This document shows, one piece after another, positions 1-9,357 of a DNA stretch of 64,000 nucleotides (positions are counted from its first letter, which is position 1; every line of letters starts with the position of its first letter). A model generated the notes under the pieces. The model saw only the letters and a list, made by a program, of their open reading frames with translations, was not told the DNA's origin and searched no databases. Source of the DNA: an uncultured Candidatus Saccharibacteria bacterium (GTDB taxonomy: Bacteria; Patescibacteriota; Saccharimonadia; Saccharimonadales; HK-STAS-PATE-42); contig CAYWUW010000003.1 in the NCBI GenBank assembly GCA_964461505.1, forward strand, positions 37,680 to 101,679, written 5' to 3'. Made by a program: the position numbers and the translations under genes.

Positions 1-48
1 AGCCCAGCAGAGACACTGCAAAAATTAATAATAGTTTAAGTTTTTTCA
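1..48 (-). CDS. 5' end of an unidentified gene running off the left edge (N-terminus MKKLKLLLIFAVSLLG, signal-peptide-like)
   Basis: Minus-strand ATG at 48-46 with GGAGGGGG about 10 nt upstream. Hydrophobic N-terminus. Only 16 codons are visible. Confidence 0.25.
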
Positions 49-60
49 TTGGTGGGATTG

Positions 61-96
61 CCCCCTCCGCCCTGCGGGCACCTCCCCAAGGGGAGG
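61..96. repeat. C/G-rich hairpin repeat (CCCTC...GAGGG type)
   Basis: ccccctccgccctgcgggcacctccccaaggggagg. Related copies at 3661-3720, 13591-13623 and 35889-35926. Confidence 0.5.
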
Positions 97-108
97 ATTA
101 AGTGGTGT

Positions 109-723
109 TTAGAAGTTTACGGTTGGAACGCTTTGGGCTCCTTCAGAAGCCTCGAAGTATGGTTTGGAATCGTAATTGAACAACTTGGCTAAAACTAGAG
201 TTGGGAAGCGCTTAACTTTTGTGTTGTATTCGCGAAGAACTGTGTTGTAATCTGCGCGAGAAACTTGAATGCGGTTTTCGGTTCCTTCTAGTTGAACTTG
301 CAGATCTTTAAAGTTTTGGGTAGCGGTAAGTTGTGGGTAGCTTTCGGCTACGGCAAGCAAGCGGCCTAGAGCTTGGCTAAGTTCGCCTTGGGCATTTTGG
401 TAATCTTGCAGTTGCTGCGGCGTGGCTTTTGAAGGATCGATTGTAATTTGTGTGGCTTTGGCACGAGCTTCAACAACTTGATTTAGGGTTTCTTGTTCAA
501 AATCTGCGGCTCCTTTAACTGTGTTGACTAAATTTGGAATTAGATCTGCCCGGCGCTGATATTGAGTTTGAACATTGGCGAATGAGCTATCCACCTTTTG
601 GTTGAGACCAACTAGGTTGTTGTAGCCGGCCACAAGCCAGATAATTAAAATTAGAACTATTCCGGCCAGAACTGCCCTGGTAGTTTGTTTTTTGCTGTAT
701 TCTTTGCCTTTAACTTTGACCAT
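109..723 (-). CDS. lemA: LemA family membrane protein
   Basis: N-terminal TM followed by the typical LemA block YNNLV..QKVDSSFANVQTQYQRRADLIPNLV. 204 aa. Confidence 0.85.
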   Translation of the reverse strand: MVKVKGKEYSKKQTTRAVLAGIVLILIIWLVAGYNNLVGLNQKVDSSFANVQTQYQRRADLIPNLVNTVKGAADFEQETLNQVVEARAKATQITIDPSKATPQQLQDYQNAQGELSQALGRLLAVAESYPQLTATQNFKDLQVQLEGTENRIQVSRADYNTVLREYNTKVKRFPTLVLAKLFNYDSKPYFEASEGAQSVPTVNF

Positions 724-805
724 TTTAAACTCCTTTTTTCATACAAGAACAGTTGCTTAAGCTTAAGTATAACAAAAGTTAATTTGAGAGGAGTTTTTAG
801 AATGA

Positions 806-841
806 GATCCTCGATAAATTCTTGCGTAATTTTCAAGGATC
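806..841. repeat. Hairpin repeat, GATCCTCGATAAATTC...AATTTTCAAGGATC family
   Basis: Near-identical copy at 15290-15326. Ends GATCC/GGATC can pair. Confidence 0.6.
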
Positions 842-1000
842 GGCAGCAGATGATCCTTTCTGATTTTTTCTTCTCCCTCTTTTTGAATAAATAGAGGATA
901 GGATTCCTGCGCCAGGTGATCCCCCGAGTGGTTCGGCGCAGCTAAGCGGGATCGAGGATCTTTTTAGAACTTATTATAAGATTAAGATTTGGTATTAAGT

Positions 1001-2428
1001 TTAGATTTGGGATTCGACTTTTTCGGCCCATTCTTGCAGAGATTCAATCAGCTTTTGTTGCTTTGGTTTAAGGCTCGGCAGAAGTTGGGCGAGTTCTTGT
1101 TGGTAGGTTGCAAGAGGTGGAATATCGCCAGAACCATCTTTAAGCTTAAGCTGAAGATATTCTACCCAATCTAATTTTTCGGGCTGAGAGAGAGCTTTTG
1201 GGTAATTTCTGGCTTTATAGAGCGTTAGGAGTTTGGGTAAACGCGAATCTTCAAATTCAAATTTATTAAGCTTAAGATCTTTTAAAGAGGCTACGCGAAC
1301 AGCGGCCGAGGCGTTGCGGTCGGCATCGTTTAAGAATCCATCATAAAGTTGCAAATCAGGATCTGTTTTAGCTGGCCACTTTTTATCATCTGGCTTGTAG
1401 GCCTCGTAAACTTTTTGCGAAAACGAGGTTAGGTTGGCCTTAAGTTTAGCAAGATTTTGTTGGATTTGTTTTAGATCTAAATTGATGTTTTTAGCGGTTT
1501 GCGGTGTGATTACCTCTAACGGAGCAAGAGATGGGGCTTTATTGAATTGAACCATTTTAACTGGCAGGCGCTTTTCTTGGTATTCTCCTAAATGATTTTT
1601 GTTGGTGTAGGTAAGGCGCTTAAGTTGTGCGGGGCTAAGCTTAAAGAATTCAGTTGGATCGTAGCGGAGATCGTAAACAAGAATTCCGCCTGCACGCCCT
1701 GGAGTTGGGCAAAGTGGAAAAACGATGCTTGTGTGTAAATCACCACTTGGGAATCGTGGAGTTATATGCACGACTGGTTTGGGGGATTCGAGATCTAAAT
1801 AACTTGCGGCCATGTTTTTATCTTTAAGCTTAAGGTGAAAATCAAAGAGCTTGGGCTGCTTGAGTTTGATGAGGCGGGCGATATCTAGCGTAACTTCAAC
1901 ATCGCTTAGCGCATCGTGAGCGCTGGTGTGTTCTAGCTTGTTGGCTTTGGCAAGTTCTTCGAGCGTGTTGGTTGGAGTTCCGTCGGGCTTGAATGGCCAG
2001 TTGATGCCTTCTGGCCGCAAGGCTCTGGTGGTGCGCACTAAGCTTAAGATATCCCAGCGTGATCTGCCATCCTTCCACTGCCATTCGTAAGCATCATAAA
2101 AGTTTCGCCAGAGTGTGAAGCGCATAAACTCATCGTCAAAATCTATTGTGTTGAATCCTGTGATAATTGTGTTTGGAAGAAGGAGTTCTTGATGTAATTT
2201 TTTGAGGAATTCGGGTTCGCTGATGCCTTTTTGGGTGCTTTGTGGAGTTATTGCGGTGGTTAAAATTGCCCAGGGATTTGGCAAAACCTCTGGGTTAAGT
2301 TTAATTAGCCAATTGACGCGTTTGAGTTCTTGAAGATTTTCATCTGTTAGAATGGCGGCGAATTGCATTATGCGGTGGAGGCTGGGTTTGAGGCCGGTGG
2401 TTTCGAGATCGTAAAACAGAAAGTTCAT
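1001..2428 (-). CDS. sbcB: Exodeoxyribonuclease I
   Basis: MNFLFYDLETTG (DEDD exonuclease motif I), H-x4-D near ..TSAHDALSDV.., length about 475 aa. The ORF-track start at 2491 reads through a hairpin repeat, so the start was moved to the ATG at 2428. Confidence 0.8.
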   Translation of the reverse strand: MNFLFYDLETTGLKPSLHRIMQFAAILTDENLQELKRVNWLIKLNPEVLPNPWAILTTAITPQSTQKGISEPEFLKKLHQELLLPNTIITGFNTIDFDDEFMRFTLWRNFYDAYEWQWKDGRSRWDILSLVRTTRALRPEGINWPFKPDGTPTNTLEELAKANKLEHTSAHDALSDVEVTLDIARLIKLKQPKLFDFHLKLKDKNMAASYLDLESPKPVVHITPRFPSGDLHTSIVFPLCPTPGRAGGILVYDLRYDPTEFFKLSPAQLKRLTYTNKNHLGEYQEKRLPVKMVQFNKAPSLAPLEVITPQTAKNINLDLKQIQQNLAKLKANLTSFSQKVYEAYKPDDKKWPAKTDPDLQLYDGFLNDADRNASAAVRVASLKDLKLNKFEFEDSRLPKLLTLYKARNYPKALSQPEKLDWVEYLQLKLKDGSGDIPPLATYQQELAQLLPSLKPKQQKLIESLQEWAEKVESQI

Positions 2429-2454
2429 CTTAAGTTTAGTATAGCACTCGCCTT

Positions 2455-2489
2455 CTCTGTCGTCCTGAGCAAAGTCGAAGGCTTTCTGC
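2455..2489. repeat. Hairpin repeat, GTC(A/G)TCCTGAGC...GAAGG family
   Basis: ctctgtcgtcctgagcaaagtcgaaggctttctgc. Relatives at 11639-11685, 12786-12823 and 36425-36452. Confidence 0.6.
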
Positions 2490-2499
2490 ACAATTAAGC

Positions 2500-3408
2500 T
2501 TAGGCTAAAGCTTTGCCTTCGGAGCCGAAAGCGCGGATTTTTTCTTCGATAACCTCTTGAGTTGCGTCGTTGACTTGTTCCATTAATTTCATTACAGAAA
2601 ATTCGGCCGGATTATCTGCGAGGGCTTTTTCTAAGGCTTGACGGTGCGCAATGCGCACATCGGTATTAATATTGATTTTGGAAACTCCGATTTTGGCGGC
2701 TTCTTCAAAATAGAAGAGTGGCGTTCCGGAACCTCCGTGCAGGCTAACGGAACATGGCAAAGCGTTGCAAACTTCTTGCAGTAAACTTAAGTTTAGTTGT
2801 TTTGGGGCTGGATATGAGCCGTGAAGGTTTCCAACAGAGGCGGCAAAGATGTCGATATCGGTGTCATGAACGAATTCTAGAGCCGTTTTGGGGTCTGAAA
2901 AGTTCTTTTTAACTTCTTCGTAATCAATTTGTTCATCGTGGAGGTTAGAGCTTCCGGCAAAATAATGCATCTCGCTTTCTACTATAGCGCCGGTAAACCG
3001 GGCGTATTCGGTAACTTGTTTGGTTTTTTGAATGATTTCTTCTAGCGGAGCGGAATGATCTTTTTGAGAAATATCAATATGAACAAACTCAAAGCCGATA
3101 TCGATAGCCTCTTTGGCAAGCTTGACAGAAGGGCCGTGATCTAAATTGAGATAAACTTCGACGCCATATTCATCTTTATAATTATCAACAAGATCGCGGG
3201 CGTTTTCTAGGCCAATGGAATCTGCCTCTGATTCGCTAAGATTAATTATAACTGGAGCCTTAAGCTTAGCGGCGGCTTTGATAATAGAAATGAGGATGTC
3301 TTGGGAATCGATGTTAAACGCCCCCACGGCAAATTTTTGTTGATGAGCGCGCAGCATTAGCTGTCTAGCTTTAGAGGTTGAAGCGCGAATTTGTTTTAGA
3401 CTAGCCAT
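2500..3408 (-). CDS. fba: Class II fructose-1,6-bisphosphate aldolase
   Basis: FAVGAFNI.., LNLDHG, SLHGGSG blocks typical of class II (FbaA/KbaY) aldolases. 302 aa. Confidence 0.85.
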   Translation of the reverse strand: MASLKQIRASTSKARQLMLRAHQQKFAVGAFNIDSQDILISIIKAAAKLKAPVIINLSESEADSIGLENARDLVDNYKDEYGVEVYLNLDHGPSVKLAKEAIDIGFEFVHIDISQKDHSAPLEEIIQKTKQVTEYARFTGAIVESEMHYFAGSSNLHDEQIDYEEVKKNFSDPKTALEFVHDTDIDIFAASVGNLHGSYPAPKQLNLSLLQEVCNALPCSVSLHGGSGTPLFYFEEAAKIGVSKININTDVRIAHRQALEKALADNPAEFSVMKLMEQVNDATQEVIEEKIRAFGSEGKALA

Positions 3409-3520
3409 TCTTTTTTGTGTAAAGCTTTGCCCGCCGATGTAGCTTTAAACTTTTATTAAGCTTAAGTTTAGCATATTCTTGCCTAGGCATTGAAGCTTAA
3501 TTTTTTGCTTCTGTTTTTTT

Positions 3521-3720
3521 TGCGTAGCATGGATTCTGCTCTGCAGCGGGATGACGGAGGCGGGAACTTAAATCCAATCTAAGATTTGTCATCTCGAGCC
3601 TGCCGAGAGATCTCTTGGATACAGTTAAATCTTAGAATTCATCTTAAGTCTTCTTATTCCTCCCCCAGGGGAGAGCCTGCCCCGCATTCATCGCGGGGTG
3701 GCCTGAAAGGCCTGAGGGGG
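3521..3720. repeat. Cluster of three different intergenic hairpin repeats
   Basis: Three elements: 3521-3560 tgcgtagcatggattc..gggatgacggagg (inverted homolog at 7998-8037); 3587-3619 gtcatctcgagcctgccgagagatctc; 3661-3720 C/G-rich CCCC..GGGG hairpins. Confidence 0.6.
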
Positions 3721-3840
3721 CTTTTTAGAGTTTGTTAAGTTTAGCTTTTTAAAACTCTTAAGCTTGCATAGTTATAATTTTTAGAGTTAAAATGTTTGTT
3801 AAGTTTAGTGAAAAAGTAAGATTTTAGAGGATTATCATCA

Positions 3841-4752
3841 ATGCAGTTAGAAGAACTCCAAGCAGCTAGAAGTGCGGTTACAGAAATATCTGCAACAGAA
3901 TTTGCAGAGGAATTTAGTGGTGGTAAAAATCAAGCAGAAAGGCTAAGCCAATCTTGGCGAGTTCGTGGCGAAGGAGCCGGCCAGCAGGCTGTAAACTTAT
4001 ATGCTCTAGATCCGAAAGATGTGGTTATTGGGGGTGGTAGATGTAAAGGCTGGTGCCGGGTCTGTGCCATGCAATTAGTAGGAATGAGAAACGCAGCCAA
4101 CACAGAACTAAGAAGGGATGTTACTTTGAGTGATGAACCTCAGCCTGTTGCCAAGTGGGTAACGGAATTTGTAATCGGGATTAATGACAGCATGGGTGTA
4201 GGTAAGACGGCAGATGAAAGGCGTAAAGAACTCTTCTTACCGTTTGTAGATAGCCTGACCGTAGCTAGCAACAAATCGATGAAGGTGGCCAAAAAAGGAG
4301 CTCACCAAATAGCAGATTGGGTAGTGCGAGGTTTATTGCCAGAAGTTTTTGACGATGATAAGTTCAAGCAAGTTCCTGAAATGGCCGAACAAGCTGCTGC
4401 CTTGAGAGCCTTGGGTGAGATAACGAGCGAAAGCAAAGCTAGGCGTGCTAAGTATGCGGCTAGGCATGCTGAGTATGCGGCTGGGTATACTGGGTGTGCT
4501 GGGCATGTGGCTGGGTGTGCTGGGTATGCGGCTAGGTATGCTAGGCATGCTGGGTATGCGGCTAGGTATGCTGGGTATGCGGCTAGGTATAGCACCTTAG
4601 TGCTTGGCTGGGAGAAAGTTGGGGAATTGTTAGTGCCGGCTCTGGCTAAACTAATAGCAAGTTCAGTGCCGAAAGAACAAGCTCACTTGGCTGTGGCCAG
4701 AAGTAACGCTGATGTTGCTAGAGCTTTAGAAGAAATGGGAAAAGCGGCTTAG
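3841..4752 (+). CDS. Hypothetical protein with an internal A-(R/G)-(Y/H/C) tandem repeat
   Basis: 303-aa ORF with AGAGGA about 10 nt upstream of the ATG. No family recognised. No TAAGCTTA copies inside. Confidence 0.55.
   Translation: MQLEELQAARSAVTEISATEFAEEFSGGKNQAERLSQSWRVRGEGAGQQAVNLYALDPKDVVIGGGRCKGWCRVCAMQLVGMRNAANTELRRDVTLSDEPQPVAKWVTEFVIGINDSMGVGKTADERRKELFLPFVDSLTVASNKSMKVAKKGAHQIADWVVRGLLPEVFDDDKFKQVPEMAEQAAALRALGEITSESKARRAKYAARHAEYAAGYTGCAGHVAGCAGYAARYARHAGYAARYAGYAARYSTLVLGWEKVGELLVPALAKLIASSVPKEQAHLAVARSNADVARALEEMGKAA
4438..4590 (+). repeat. Imperfect 9/12-nt tandem repeat GCT-RGG-YAT(-GCG) inside the CDS
   Basis: Read directly: gctaggtatgctgggtatgcggctaggtat.... It encodes YAARHAEYAAGYTGCAGHVAGCAGYAARYARHAGYAARYAGYAARY. 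All frames are open on both strands here. Confidence 0.85.
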
Positions 4753-4780
4753 CAAAAAAACGCTCAAAAAGAAGTTAAGC

Positions 4781-6475
4781 TTAAGAAACAATGATTACCG
4801 GCGTGCCGATATCAACAAAGTTATAAACCCACTGCGCATCGTTGTTGCTCATTCCCATGCAGCCGTGCGAGGTGTTTTCAACGCCGAATTTGTTATGCCA
4901 GTAAACTCCGTGCATGGCGTAACCTCCGGCTTTAAAGTAGGCCACCCATTCAATGTTCGGAACCGAGTAATAATCTGCCGTTCCTGGCCGGCCACCGGTC
5001 ATGGTTTTAACTCTTACTTTGCGTAAAACAGAATAATTGCCAGTTGGCGTTGGTGTAGAGCTTTTGCCAGAAGACATTGGGAATGAGTTTACCAAATTGG
5101 CTCCTTCGTAGGCGTAAACTCTAAATTTAGAAATATCGGCAAAAATCCAGCGTCCGCCACTGGCGGCAATGTTTTCGGTTGGGGCGGCTTGCTCGCTAAA
5201 TTCAAGGTTGATGGTTCCAGATTTGGCACTTAGCAACAAGCTATAAAGTTGAGATTTGGCAGAACTTAAATTGCTGACCTGTTGGCCAGAAATTCCTTCT
5301 TGCAGCAAGATTTCGCCTCCCTCAATATTGGCAACCAGGCGCTTTTCCATCTTACGATTTAGTTTTTTTGCTAGATTATCTAAATAGGCATCGCTTTTGG
5401 CTTGGCTAAACTTAACTTGATAGCTAGAATTGGCAGGTTCTGGAGTTAGAACAATCCAATCTTTAAGTTCGCTAGAACTTGGCGAATAGCTTTTTTGTGG
5501 AGTTTGAAAACTGATTTTGTTTTGCAAATAAGAATTGGCTAAACTTAGCGGCTGAGTTAAATTATCAGCCAAGATATCTGGATTGACGTTGCTAATTGTT
5601 AAGTTTAGCTGCGAGGAATCTAGCTTGCTAAGCTTAAGTTGGAGCTCAGAAGCAAGTTTTTTGGAATCGATTCCAAGCCCTGATACTTCTGGAACAACTA
5701 TAAACTTATTTTGATCTGTATTAAATTCAACTTTAGCGTCTTCTGGCAAACGCCCATCAGAATAATTGATTTTGAGAAATTCCTTAAGCTTAGGTTCGCT
5801 GTAAGAGAACTTGGCTTCGATATTGCGAGATTTAAATAGTTCAAACGGCTTTTGCCAGAATCTGTAAGAATTAAGCTTAGCGCTTAGAGCTTGCTGACTT
5901 TGTTCAATTTGGGGGCTGAAGCCGAGTTCTTGCGGGGTAAAACTCTTGCTTTGATTTTGGTAACTTAAGTTTAGTTTATAGCCATCAAGTTGGTTATTGA
6001 TTTGCTGGAAGGCCTCTTGTTTGTTGCTACTTAAAGCTTGGCCAGCAAAAGTGGTTTTAGGCAAAATCTTATTTTTAAAGATTAAATTTGGTAGCAGGAA
6101 AAAGAGAAGTAGAAGGGTGGCTGGAATTAATCCAAAAAGAATTTTTTTAGATTTAAACTTAGTAAACTGAGTGAATTTAGATAATTTAGATTTCGCAACC
6201 GGAGCTAGAATTGAATTCGGAATTGGAGTTGGGATTTGGGCTTCGGGCTTTTTTGGTGATTTTTTAGAGTTGGACTTAAGTTTAGCAGAAGCTTTAGATT
6301 TGGTCTTTTTTTTAGAGTTAGCTTGCAGAGTTGGTTTGGAGCTGGTTTTTTTGCCAGGGTTTGGATTTTGAGTAGAACTCAAATTTTGAGCCGAGCTGCT
6401 TGTTGAGCTATCTGCCCCGCTACTTTCGGCTAAGCTTAACTTACCGAGAGATTCTGAAATATGGATATGTCTCAC
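4781..6475 (-). CDS. L,D-transpeptidase (YkuD domain) with K/S-rich N-terminus and one TM
   Basis: C-terminal YAMHGVYWHNKFG..TSHGCMGM (His..Cys YkuD catalytic motif). 564 aa. Confidence 0.8.
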   Translation of the reverse strand: MRHIHISESLGKLSLAESSGADSSTSSSAQNLSSTQNPNPGKKTSSKPTLQANSKKKTKSKASAKLKSNSKKSPKKPEAQIPTPIPNSILAPVAKSKLSKFTQFTKFKSKKILFGLIPATLLLLFFLLPNLIFKNKILPKTTFAGQALSSNKQEAFQQINNQLDGYKLNLSYQNQSKSFTPQELGFSPQIEQSQQALSAKLNSYRFWQKPFELFKSRNIEAKFSYSEPKLKEFLKINYSDGRLPEDAKVEFNTDQNKFIVVPEVSGLGIDSKKLASELQLKLSKLDSSQLNLTISNVNPDILADNLTQPLSLANSYLQNKISFQTPQKSYSPSSSELKDWIVLTPEPANSSYQVKFSQAKSDAYLDNLAKKLNRKMEKRLVANIEGGEILLQEGISGQQVSNLSSAKSQLYSLLLSAKSGTINLEFSEQAAPTENIAASGGRWIFADISKFRVYAYEGANLVNSFPMSSGKSSTPTPTGNYSVLRKVRVKTMTGGRPGTADYYSVPNIEWVAYFKAGGYAMHGVYWHNKFGVENTSHGCMGMSNNDAQWVYNFVDIGTPVIIVS

Positions 6476-6533
6476 CCTGACAAAACTTAATTTTGTTTTC
6501 TATCCTAATTATACAACAAAAATTCAGAAAATT

Positions 6534-7544
6534 CTACTTCTTTTTTGATGACTTCTTAGCTTTAGATTTTACACTAGTCTTCTTTTTAACAGAAGCTTTT
6601 TTGGAATTGTTTTTTTTAGAATTAGTTTTAGGTTTGCTTTTAGCGCTTGCGGTTGGAGTGGATTTTTTGGAATTAGTGGTGGCTTGTGCTGCTTTTGGAG
6701 TTGGTTTTGAATTTTGCTTGGCCTCTTTGCCGGTTAGAACTTTAACTGTTGGCTTGGATTGTTCTTCAGTAACTTCGGCATGTTTTTCTTGTTGCAGAAT
6801 AAAATATTGTTGGAAGATGGCTACAAGAGCTCCGGCTGCAAGATAAAAGCTGATTGCACCTTCTACGCTTAATGAAATCCAGCCGAAAAGCAGAACCATG
6901 ATGTAGGGCATTGAGTTTTGCAACTTTTCGTTTGGATCGTCGGTTTGGGCTTTTTTTGGAGGTAGAGTTTGGCGAACTTGCAAAAATTGAATTAAGATTG
7001 AGGCAATTGCAACAACTAGAACTGGGATGTAGACTTCGTTATTGGCAAATGGACGCCGGGCGAGATCTGCCCAATCGGCAAAAGTTGTAATTTGATGACC
7101 TCCGCTAGAAAGTACATCTTTAACGTAACTTAAATCTTTAACAGGGCCATAAAGTAGATTAGCGAGGTTTTGGGTTCCGTTGAAGGCTGTTCTAACTGCT
7201 GAGTAAATGGCGATAAAAAGTGGGAGCTGCACAATAAGAGTTCCGATAGAAGAAAATGGGCTAATGCCATATTTTTTGTAAACTGCCACCGTTTCGCGAT
7301 TGACTTTTTCGAGTATGGCGCGATCTTTTGAGCCTTTAGATTGAGCGCGAATCTTTTTTACCTCTGGGGCAACTTTTTGCATAACACGAGTTTGGTGAAT
7401 CTGCTTTTTGATGAGCGGCCACATTAATAAGCGAACGATAATTGTGAAAACTAGAATGGCGAGGCCAAGATCTTGCCCTGGAATAAAGTTTTGAATTGTA
7501 ATAAGAAGGTTAAGAACTGGTTTTACAAAAATTGTTTGCCACAT
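6534..7544 (-). CDS. yidC: Membrane protein insertase YidC with a lysine-rich C-terminal tail
   Basis: GLAILVFTIIVRLLMWPL..K, multi-TM 60-kDa inner membrane insertase core, then an approximately 90-aa K/S/T-rich tail. Confidence 0.85.
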   Translation of the reverse strand: MWQTIFVKPVLNLLITIQNFIPGQDLGLAILVFTIIVRLLMWPLIKKQIHQTRVMQKVAPEVKKIRAQSKGSKDRAILEKVNRETVAVYKKYGISPFSSIGTLIVQLPLFIAIYSAVRTAFNGTQNLANLLYGPVKDLSYVKDVLSSGGHQITTFADWADLARRPFANNEVYIPVLVVAIASILIQFLQVRQTLPPKKAQTDDPNEKLQNSMPYIMVLLFGWISLSVEGAISFYLAAGALVAIFQQYFILQQEKHAEVTEEQSKPTVKVLTGKEAKQNSKPTPKAAQATTNSKKSTPTASAKSKPKTNSKKNNSKKASVKKKTSVKSKAKKSSKKK

Positions 7545-7769
7545 AAAATTTAGAAAAAGGTTTTTTAGATTTGGTTGTTTGTTGTTTAAAGAAGATTATA
7601 GCTTAAAACTATTCTTTGAGAAAAGTGATTAAGCTTAATTCCTTTTTTTATATCCCCAGTCAAAAGAAAGACATCAATAAGAGTAGAGCTTATTCCAGCT
7701 TGTCTGGAATATCCCTTACTTTTTATAGAAGATAGCCCGAATAAATCGAACTAAGCTTAACTCCCGCCG

Positions 7770-8037
7770 CTGTCATCCCCAGCCTGACTGGGGATCCAAT
7801 CAAAAAAGAATCCTTTATTTAATTAGATCCTGAAACAAGCACGTCATGGCGACATGCCATGGTTCGGGATGACAGAGTTGGTGGTTCGGGATGACAAAGA
7901 AAGATACGCTTACTGAAACCCAAGAGATCTCTCGTCAGGCTCGAGATGACAACTCTTAGGCTAGACTTAAGCTCCACTACTGTCATCCCCACTCCTTCCT
8001 CCGTCATCCCGGCGCAGGCCGGGATCCATGCTACGCA
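7770..8037. repeat. Cluster of GTCATCCC...GGGATCC hairpin repeats
   Basis: Four elements: 7770-7797 ctgtcatccccagcctgactggggatcc; 7861-7899 tandem ggttcgggatgaca x2; 7921-7953 gagatctctcgtcaggctcgagatgac; 7998-8037 ccgtcatcccggcgcaggccgggatccatgctacgca. Confidence 0.7.
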
Positions 8038-8084
8038 GGAATAAGAAGGCTAAGCTTAATCAAAAATGCTAGAGTAAAGAATGT

Positions 8085-8567
8085 ATGCGAATTTTAGGAA
8101 TTGACCCAGGAACGGGAATCGTTGGTTTTGGTGTAATTGATGTTCTCAATGGAAATAGTTACAAGCTGGTAGATGCGGGGGTGATTAGAACTCCGGTAAA
8201 TCAGGAACTCAGCGAAAGGTTAGAAACAATTTTTGCGGAAATTTCTGAGGTTATTAAGCAGAACAAGCCAGATTGGGTAAGTATCGAAAAGTTATTTTTT
8301 GCGCAAAATGTAACTACGGCAATTAGTGTGAGTCATGCTAGAGGAGTTTTGATGCTGGCGGCAAAGCTGGCTAGGCTTAAGGTGGCAGAATATACGCCTC
8401 TGCAAATTAAGCAGGCTCTAACTGGTTACGGCAGAGCTGATAAAAAGCAAGTTCAGGCTATGGTGCAGGTTATTTTGGAACTTGATGAGCCAATTAAGCA
8501 AGATGATTGTGCAGATGCGGTGGCAGCGGCAATTTGCCACGCGATGAGTTCTGGCTTTGAGGCTTAA
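8085..8567 (+). CDS. ruvC: Crossover junction endodeoxyribonuclease RuvC
   Basis: MRILGIDPGTGIVGFGVI.. with the acidic catalytic residue pattern. 160 aa. Confidence 0.9.
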   Translation: MRILGIDPGTGIVGFGVIDVLNGNSYKLVDAGVIRTPVNQELSERLETIFAEISEVIKQNKPDWVSIEKLFFAQNVTTAISVSHARGVLMLAAKLARLKVAEYTPLQIKQALTGYGRADKKQVQAMVQVILELDEPIKQDDCADAVAAAICHAMSSGFEA

Positions 8568-8569
8568 GT

Positions 8570-9310
8570 TTAAGCGACTTTTTTGAATATTCCTGCCTGA
8601 TATGAGAAGCTGCTACCTTGATGCTCAACATGACAATACCGTGTTTCTGCAAGGTTTAAACCTGCCTCTTCAAACGTTGATACAACTAGTTTTTCTATCG
8701 TAGACGAGCCTAGCTGAGGATTTATTTCTGTAGATAAATGAGAATCGTAAACTATTGGTATACCTAGAGGTGAGAGCCAGGCTTCACCGCCAGGAACCAA
8801 CACTCGAGAAACCTCTGATGCAGCCTGCTGGAGATCTTTTAGAATTAAGTTATCCGGAAGTGGTTTGCCTTTTACAACATGTTGCCCATGAAGAGCCTCC
8901 ACCCAAAGAAGGGGGAGACTCCAAGTTGAGATTACGGTATGGAAAGCTTCTTTTGTGAAGGGCAGTTTTTGCGCAATGCCTTTAACTTGAGCCCCATATC
9001 TTCCAAACGAAGTAGTGGGATCTAAGCTTACATAGTGGGCATCTGGAGCCAGAGCGCGGAGGTTCTGCTCGACATAACCGTTATGAGCACTACCTAAGTT
9101 GAGTATCCTTCCGCCAGATAATCTATTTCTGTACTCATCTATATCATGAACATTCCATATAAACCTACCGAAATCGGTAAAAAGAGACGCCCCTTTCGCT
9201 ACTCCCGCGCCAGTATTCTGAAAAACCAAATTCCTGCCATCCCCATATTGAGATACTGGTCTTACATTATTCATCTTGTTTATTATAGCATAAGATAGAT
9301 TGTTTTTCAA
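8570..9310 (-). CDS. Probable class I SAM-dependent methyltransferase
   Basis: GGRILNLGSA (motif I-like), LPFTKEAFHTVIS, LVPGGEA. Weak by-eye assignment. The start could be the ATG at 9274. Confidence 0.45.
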   Translation of the reverse strand: MKNNLSYAIINKMNNVRPVSQYGDGRNLVFQNTGAGVAKGASLFTDFGRFIWNVHDIDEYRNRLSGGRILNLGSAHNGYVEQNLRALAPDAHYVSLDPTTSFGRYGAQVKGIAQKLPFTKEAFHTVISTWSLPLLWVEALHGQHVVKGKPLPDNLILKDLQQAASEVSRVLVPGGEAWLSPLGIPIVYDSHLSTEINPQLGSSTIEKLVVSTFEEAGLNLAETRYCHVEHQGSSFSYQAGIFKKVA

Positions 9311-9357
9311 TGGTTGAGGGCATGCCTCAACATAGATTTGCTAAACTTAAGGTTAGT

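Noticed and set aside
4302-4595. Two minus-strand ORFs (97 and 71 aa) across the tandem repeat in 3841-4752.
   Set aside because: The repeat is open in several frames, so these ORFs are a by-product of it.
7819-8007. 62-aa ORF in the yidC-ruvC intergenic region.
   Set aside because: It is composed almost entirely of translated hairpin repeats (GTCATCCC... elements), so it is an artefact.
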